From the IMG/VR virus record IMGVR_UViG_3300006919_000039: a DNA stretch of 60,169 nucleotides, one strand, 5' to 3'. Positions 56,792-60,169 of the stretch are shown piece after piece; position 1 is the stretch's first letter; the number at the start of each line of letters is the position of its first letter. The notes below the pieces were generated by a model. The model saw only the letters and a program-made list of their open reading frames with translations, did no database searches and was not told the origin of the DNA. The stretch comes from an uncultured virus (IMG/VR IMGVR_UViG_3300006919_000039). Taxonomy: Duplodnaviria; Heunggongvirae; Uroviricota; Caudoviricetes. Made by a program: the position numbers and the translations under genes.

Positions 56792-57868
56792 ATGAAGATA
56801 GTTAAAGGACAAACTCCTCGCGACATCGTATTACACGATGGAGACTACCTTGCAGACCTAGATCCTACAGACGTTGTAGAAATATTTCAAACTCCTCTCA
56901 CAGGTGCCTATAATTGGGATTACACAGTTCAGGACAATCGTGTTAAGAAACTTTACGAATTAGGCAAACAATTAAACTGGAATGTAGAAGTAGATGTTGA
57001 TTGGTCGCCTGAGTTTAATGAAATAACAGACGAAGAATTTGAATTTGAAAATAATCAGTGGAGAGAACATCCTGAGTATGCTAAATGGGACAATGACAAA
57101 CGCAAAGAGTTTATCAAAGATTTAAATGCTTGGAGTATCAGTCAATTCTTACATGGCGAACAAGGTGCATTATTAGTAGCAAGTCAGTTGGCCAGTTGTG
57201 CTCCTACATTTAATGCTAAACTGTATGCGGCTTCACAAACATTTGATGAAGCAAGACATGTAGAAGCATTCAACAAATATTTACAAACTAGAATACAAAA
57301 AACTTGGCCTATAGGCAGAGCCTTAAAAGGATTGCTGGATAAAATACTTACTGATCCACGTTGGGATTTAAAGTTTATAGGTATGCAAATTGTTATAGAA
57401 GGATTAGCACTTGCGGCCTTCCAAGCAAGTAAAGATGCCAGTAGCGATCCTGTATACAAAGAAATGGTAGGATACATTATCAGAGACGAAGCAAGGCACG
57501 TTACGTTTGGTGTAAACTATTTAGAAGAGTATGTAAAAACACTTACAGAGGAAGAACGTAACGACAGAGCACAATTTGCCTTAGAGGCCTGTACTGTTAG
57601 CAGAAACAGATTGAGAGCATATGATGTTTGGGAAAAATATGGTATGGACTTAGAGTTTACAGAAGAGTACAATAAATCAAATGTGTTTCAAACACAATTC
57701 CAAGATGTATTATTCAGCAGAATAATGCCCAACCTTAAAAGAATAGGACTACTAACTGACAAACTTATACCTGAATATGAAAAGTTAGGTGTAATGGGAT
57801 ATGCAGATGGCGACTCAGATTATGAAACCAGTTGGGAAGAACTATCTAAACCACTTAAAACTAGTTAA
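56792..57868 (+). CDS. Ferritin-like di-iron protein (AurF/N-oxygenase-like), auxiliary metabolic gene
   Basis: HGEQGAL...DEARH...IEGLA...DEARH provides the full E/ExxH/E/ExxH di-iron ligand set. Confidence 0.85.
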   Translation: MKIVKGQTPRDIVLHDGDYLADLDPTDVVEIFQTPLTGAYNWDYTVQDNRVKKLYELGKQLNWNVEVDVDWSPEFNEITDEEFEFENNQWREHPEYAKWDNDKRKEFIKDLNAWSISQFLHGEQGALLVASQLASCAPTFNAKLYAASQTFDEARHVEAFNKYLQTRIQKTWPIGRALKGLLDKILTDPRWDLKFIGMQIVIEGLALAAFQASKDASSDPVYKEMVGYIIRDEARHVTFGVNYLEEYVKTLTEEERNDRAQFALEACTVSRNRLRAYDVWEKYGMDLEFTEEYNKSNVFQTQFQDVLFSRIMPNLKRIGLLTDKLIPEYEKLGVMGYADGDSDYETSWEELSKPLKTS

Positions 57869-57871
57869 AAA

Positions 57872-57879
57872 GATAAATA
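57872..57879 (+). promoter_or_regulatory. Late promoter GATAAATA
   Basis: Directly after the di-iron gene stop; precedes a structured leader. Confidence 0.7.
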
Positions 57880-57975
57880 CTTATTGACGGGAAGACTGTG
57901 TCGTCTTTAGACACAGACATAAGTTCGTAAGGCATGGTGTCCTTATTACAACTTATGAACTGAACGAGAAAAAAT

Positions 57976-59958
57976 ATGGCAATTTTTGGAAATTTTAAAG
58001 GTACAACGCAATCTGAGTTTAAGATCGGTAAGAGTACGGGTAATAAATTAAGTACCGGTACAGAACCGTCAAGCGACCAATCTGCGGGTGATCTCTTTCT
58101 AGATAGTTCTAATTCAACTGTTAAAGTCTATACTGGTAGTGCTTGGCAAAATATCGGTAGTACCCTTCCAGAATTAAATGTCGATAGTGGAACACTATTT
58201 GTGGATTCTTCTAATGACACAGTCTCCGTCGGTTCAACATCTAGTAATGAAAAATTATTTGTAAATGGTAATTTAAGACTAGGAACCAACCCAAGTTTAC
58301 AATTTGCTGGTGCATATTTAGATGTACAGCACTCTAATGGATCAGCCACACAATTAAGACTGAGAGATAACAGCAGTGGCAGTGATCCTATATTTAAAAT
58401 ATATAATGCAAACAATACTTCAGAAGTATTTAAAGTACAAGGTTCTACTATTAGACTTAATGATGCATACAATATGCCCACAGCAGATGGTACTGCTGGA
58501 CAGTTTTTACAAACTGATGGAAGTGGTGGCGTAACATTCTCAAGTGAATTTACAGATTTAAGCATCACAGGAACAGCAACATACAATACTGTTGAGTTCC
58601 AAAATTCAAACATAATGAAGTTTAACCAGAGATACACTGGTGCTTCAACTGGTAGTTACTTTAGTAACGGTGAATATCAAAAAGTAGTAACAATTATTCC
58701 AGACGCCGCCAGCCAAAACTATCAAGTGGTTGGTCGTATGACGGCTCAAAATGCTGGTGAAACTCACACAGTTTATTTTAATGCCGCATTGAGAAGTAAC
58801 ACGTTACCAGATCTCAACTGGACTATAACCTATGATGAAGAATACAATGGTGCTAGATATATAGATCCTCAACTGTGGACCAAAGAAACAACCACAGCAG
58901 GATTTATTTTTGCATTCAAAACATTAGGCACAATTTATGGGTCTGTTACAATTGATATGGAAGTTATTCCAAGAGCCAGTTCACAAAAAGACAATGTAAC
59001 TGTGAACACAGTTGTAAACAGTGAGCAATCCAGTGTTGATACAGGATATACTGCTAATGACATGGTATTGGTTACAAGAAAACAAGGAACCACATTAAGT
59101 GTAAAAGATGTAAGCATAACAGGTAATATTGTTCCCACAGCAAATGTCACATACGATTTAGGAACAGATTCAAACAGGTTTAAGGATTTATACCTAAGTG
59201 GTAATACCATAAATTTAGGCACAACAGCAATTAGTGTGACATCAGATAATGAAATAGATTTCTCAGATAGTGCAAACACCAGTGTAAAAAGAAAACTGGT
59301 TGTAGATGAGATTGAATTAGGAACAGGTAACGACAAAGTTGTTTTGAGAAAAGGTTCAGACGGTAAACTTAAATCTGTTAGTAAAAACAGAAGCACAAAA
59401 GCAGAAACTTCTAACAAAGTTGATTTAGATGACAATGATACAGACGATTTATCAGAAGGTTCAACTAATCTTTACTACACTGATGCTAGAGTTAATACTG
59501 TATTAGCAACAAAAGATTCAGACGATACAAAAGAAGGTTCAACCAATTTATATTATACAGATGCCAGAGCAAATAGTGCCATAGATGCAAAACTCACTGG
59601 AGATTTAACATTTGGAAATGCCACAGTAAGTGGTACAACTTCTAGTGGTGTTGTTGAGGGAGTGGTTTTCCAACCCATTACAGATTATGGACTTATTACG
59701 GCTAACGCCACAATTACTATTGACTATGGTGCAGTAAATGAAGCAGGAACAGTTCCTGCTATTGGAGATTTTGAATATCTAAATGATATTTATGGGCCTA
59801 CTGGTGATAGTTTTACAGTAGCCACAGTACCAAGTGCTACTCAGCCTGGACAAATGATTTATATAACAGACGAAACTGGTGGAGCCACAATGGCATTCAG
59901 TGATGGTAGTAATTGGAGAAGAATTCAAGACCGAGCAATTATTAGCACAGGTGGTTAA
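57976..59958 (+). CDS. Fibre-like virion structural protein
   Basis: 660 aa; TLFVDSSND.V.VG, PTADGTAGQFLQTDGSG, YDLGTDSNRFKDLYLSG, two copies of DD..EGSTNLYYTDAR, and C-terminal AFSDGSNWRR. Confidence 0.75.
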   Translation: MAIFGNFKGTTQSEFKIGKSTGNKLSTGTEPSSDQSAGDLFLDSSNSTVKVYTGSAWQNIGSTLPELNVDSGTLFVDSSNDTVSVGSTSSNEKLFVNGNLRLGTNPSLQFAGAYLDVQHSNGSATQLRLRDNSSGSDPIFKIYNANNTSEVFKVQGSTIRLNDAYNMPTADGTAGQFLQTDGSGGVTFSSEFTDLSITGTATYNTVEFQNSNIMKFNQRYTGASTGSYFSNGEYQKVVTIIPDAASQNYQVVGRMTAQNAGETHTVYFNAALRSNTLPDLNWTITYDEEYNGARYIDPQLWTKETTTAGFIFAFKTLGTIYGSVTIDMEVIPRASSQKDNVTVNTVVNSEQSSVDTGYTANDMVLVTRKQGTTLSVKDVSITGNIVPTANVTYDLGTDSNRFKDLYLSGNTINLGTTAISVTSDNEIDFSDSANTSVKRKLVVDEIELGTGNDKVVLRKGSDGKLKSVSKNRSTKAETSNKVDLDDNDTDDLSEGSTNLYYTDARVNTVLATKDSDDTKEGSTNLYYTDARANSAIDAKLTGDLTFGNATVSGTTSSGVVEGVVFQPITDYGLITANATITIDYGAVNEAGTVPAIGDFEYLNDIYGPTGDSFTVATVPSATQPGQMIYITDETGGATMAFSDGSNWRRIQDRAIISTGG

Positions 59959-59960
59959 AA

Positions 59961-60169
59961 ATGCCAAGAGCAAAAAAGACACAGACAACAAAAAAGAAAG
60001 AACCCACATTAAAGCAACAGATTAAACAAGAGGTTCAAAAACAACTGGAAGAAGCTCTACTAAACATAGAAATAGAAGCACCAGAATCAGAAGTAGATTT
60101 AGGTAGCATAAAAAAAGAATTAAATGATAATTTACAGAAAGTTATCAAAGAATTAAAAAGTAAAGTTGG
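59961..60169 (+). CDS. Partial hypothetical protein (runs off the right end)
   Basis: ATG 2 nt after the previous stop; MPRAKKTQTTKKKEPTLKQQIKQEVQ... stays open to the window end. Confidence 0.65.
   Translation, partial: MPRAKKTQTTKKKEPTLKQQIKQEVQKQLEEALLNIEIEAPESEVDLGSIKKELNDNLQKVIKELKSKV

Noticed and set aside
587..60009. The many short ORFs antisense to or nested in long genes (e.g. 2973..3395, 32074..32568, 49644..50024, 58128..58637)
   Set aside because: Shadow frames produced by codon bias of the real genes; no SD, promoter or recognisable motifs.
1..60169. tRNA genes, CRISPR arrays, inteins, alternative genetic code
   Set aside because: No cloverleaf or repeat-spacer array seen in the gaps; portal, gp46 and protease show no intein-sized inserts; genes are full length in the standard code and TAA, TAG and TGA all act as stops.

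Overview
A 60-kb, AT-rich segment of a large T4-like (myovirus, probably jumbo) bacteriophage genome, read in the standard genetic code. The left ~38 kb is mostly minus-strand. It holds a late glycan-modification cluster (two glycosyltransferase-like genes and a eukaryote-type phosphomannomutase), fibre genes and a giant baseplate protein that appears to be one ~6,245-aa gene broken by a single -1 frame change at ~13,325. It also holds baseplate genes resembling gp6, gp25, gp5, gp27, gp53 and gp48/54, with an alpha/beta-hydrolase cassette inserted in the opposite orientation. The centre carries the gp55-like late sigma factor, gp47/gp46 and a sulfotransferase. Converging on these is an operon made of a gp26/gp51-like tail chaperone pair joined by a canonical -1 slippery site, a compact GIY-YIG nuclease and a ~500-nt densely structured non-coding region, which is the best candidate for an undescribed system. 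The right part is plus-strand: tape measure, portal, core proteins, prohead protease, scaffold, major capsid, fibres and a ferritin-like di-iron enzyme. Regulatory signals include a T4-type late promoter (GATAAATA/TATAAATA), several apparently leaderless transcripts, consensus sigma70 promoters and strong apparent avoidance of GCWGC. All calls come from reading motifs by eye; no searches or folding programs were run, and the host is not identifiable from this window.
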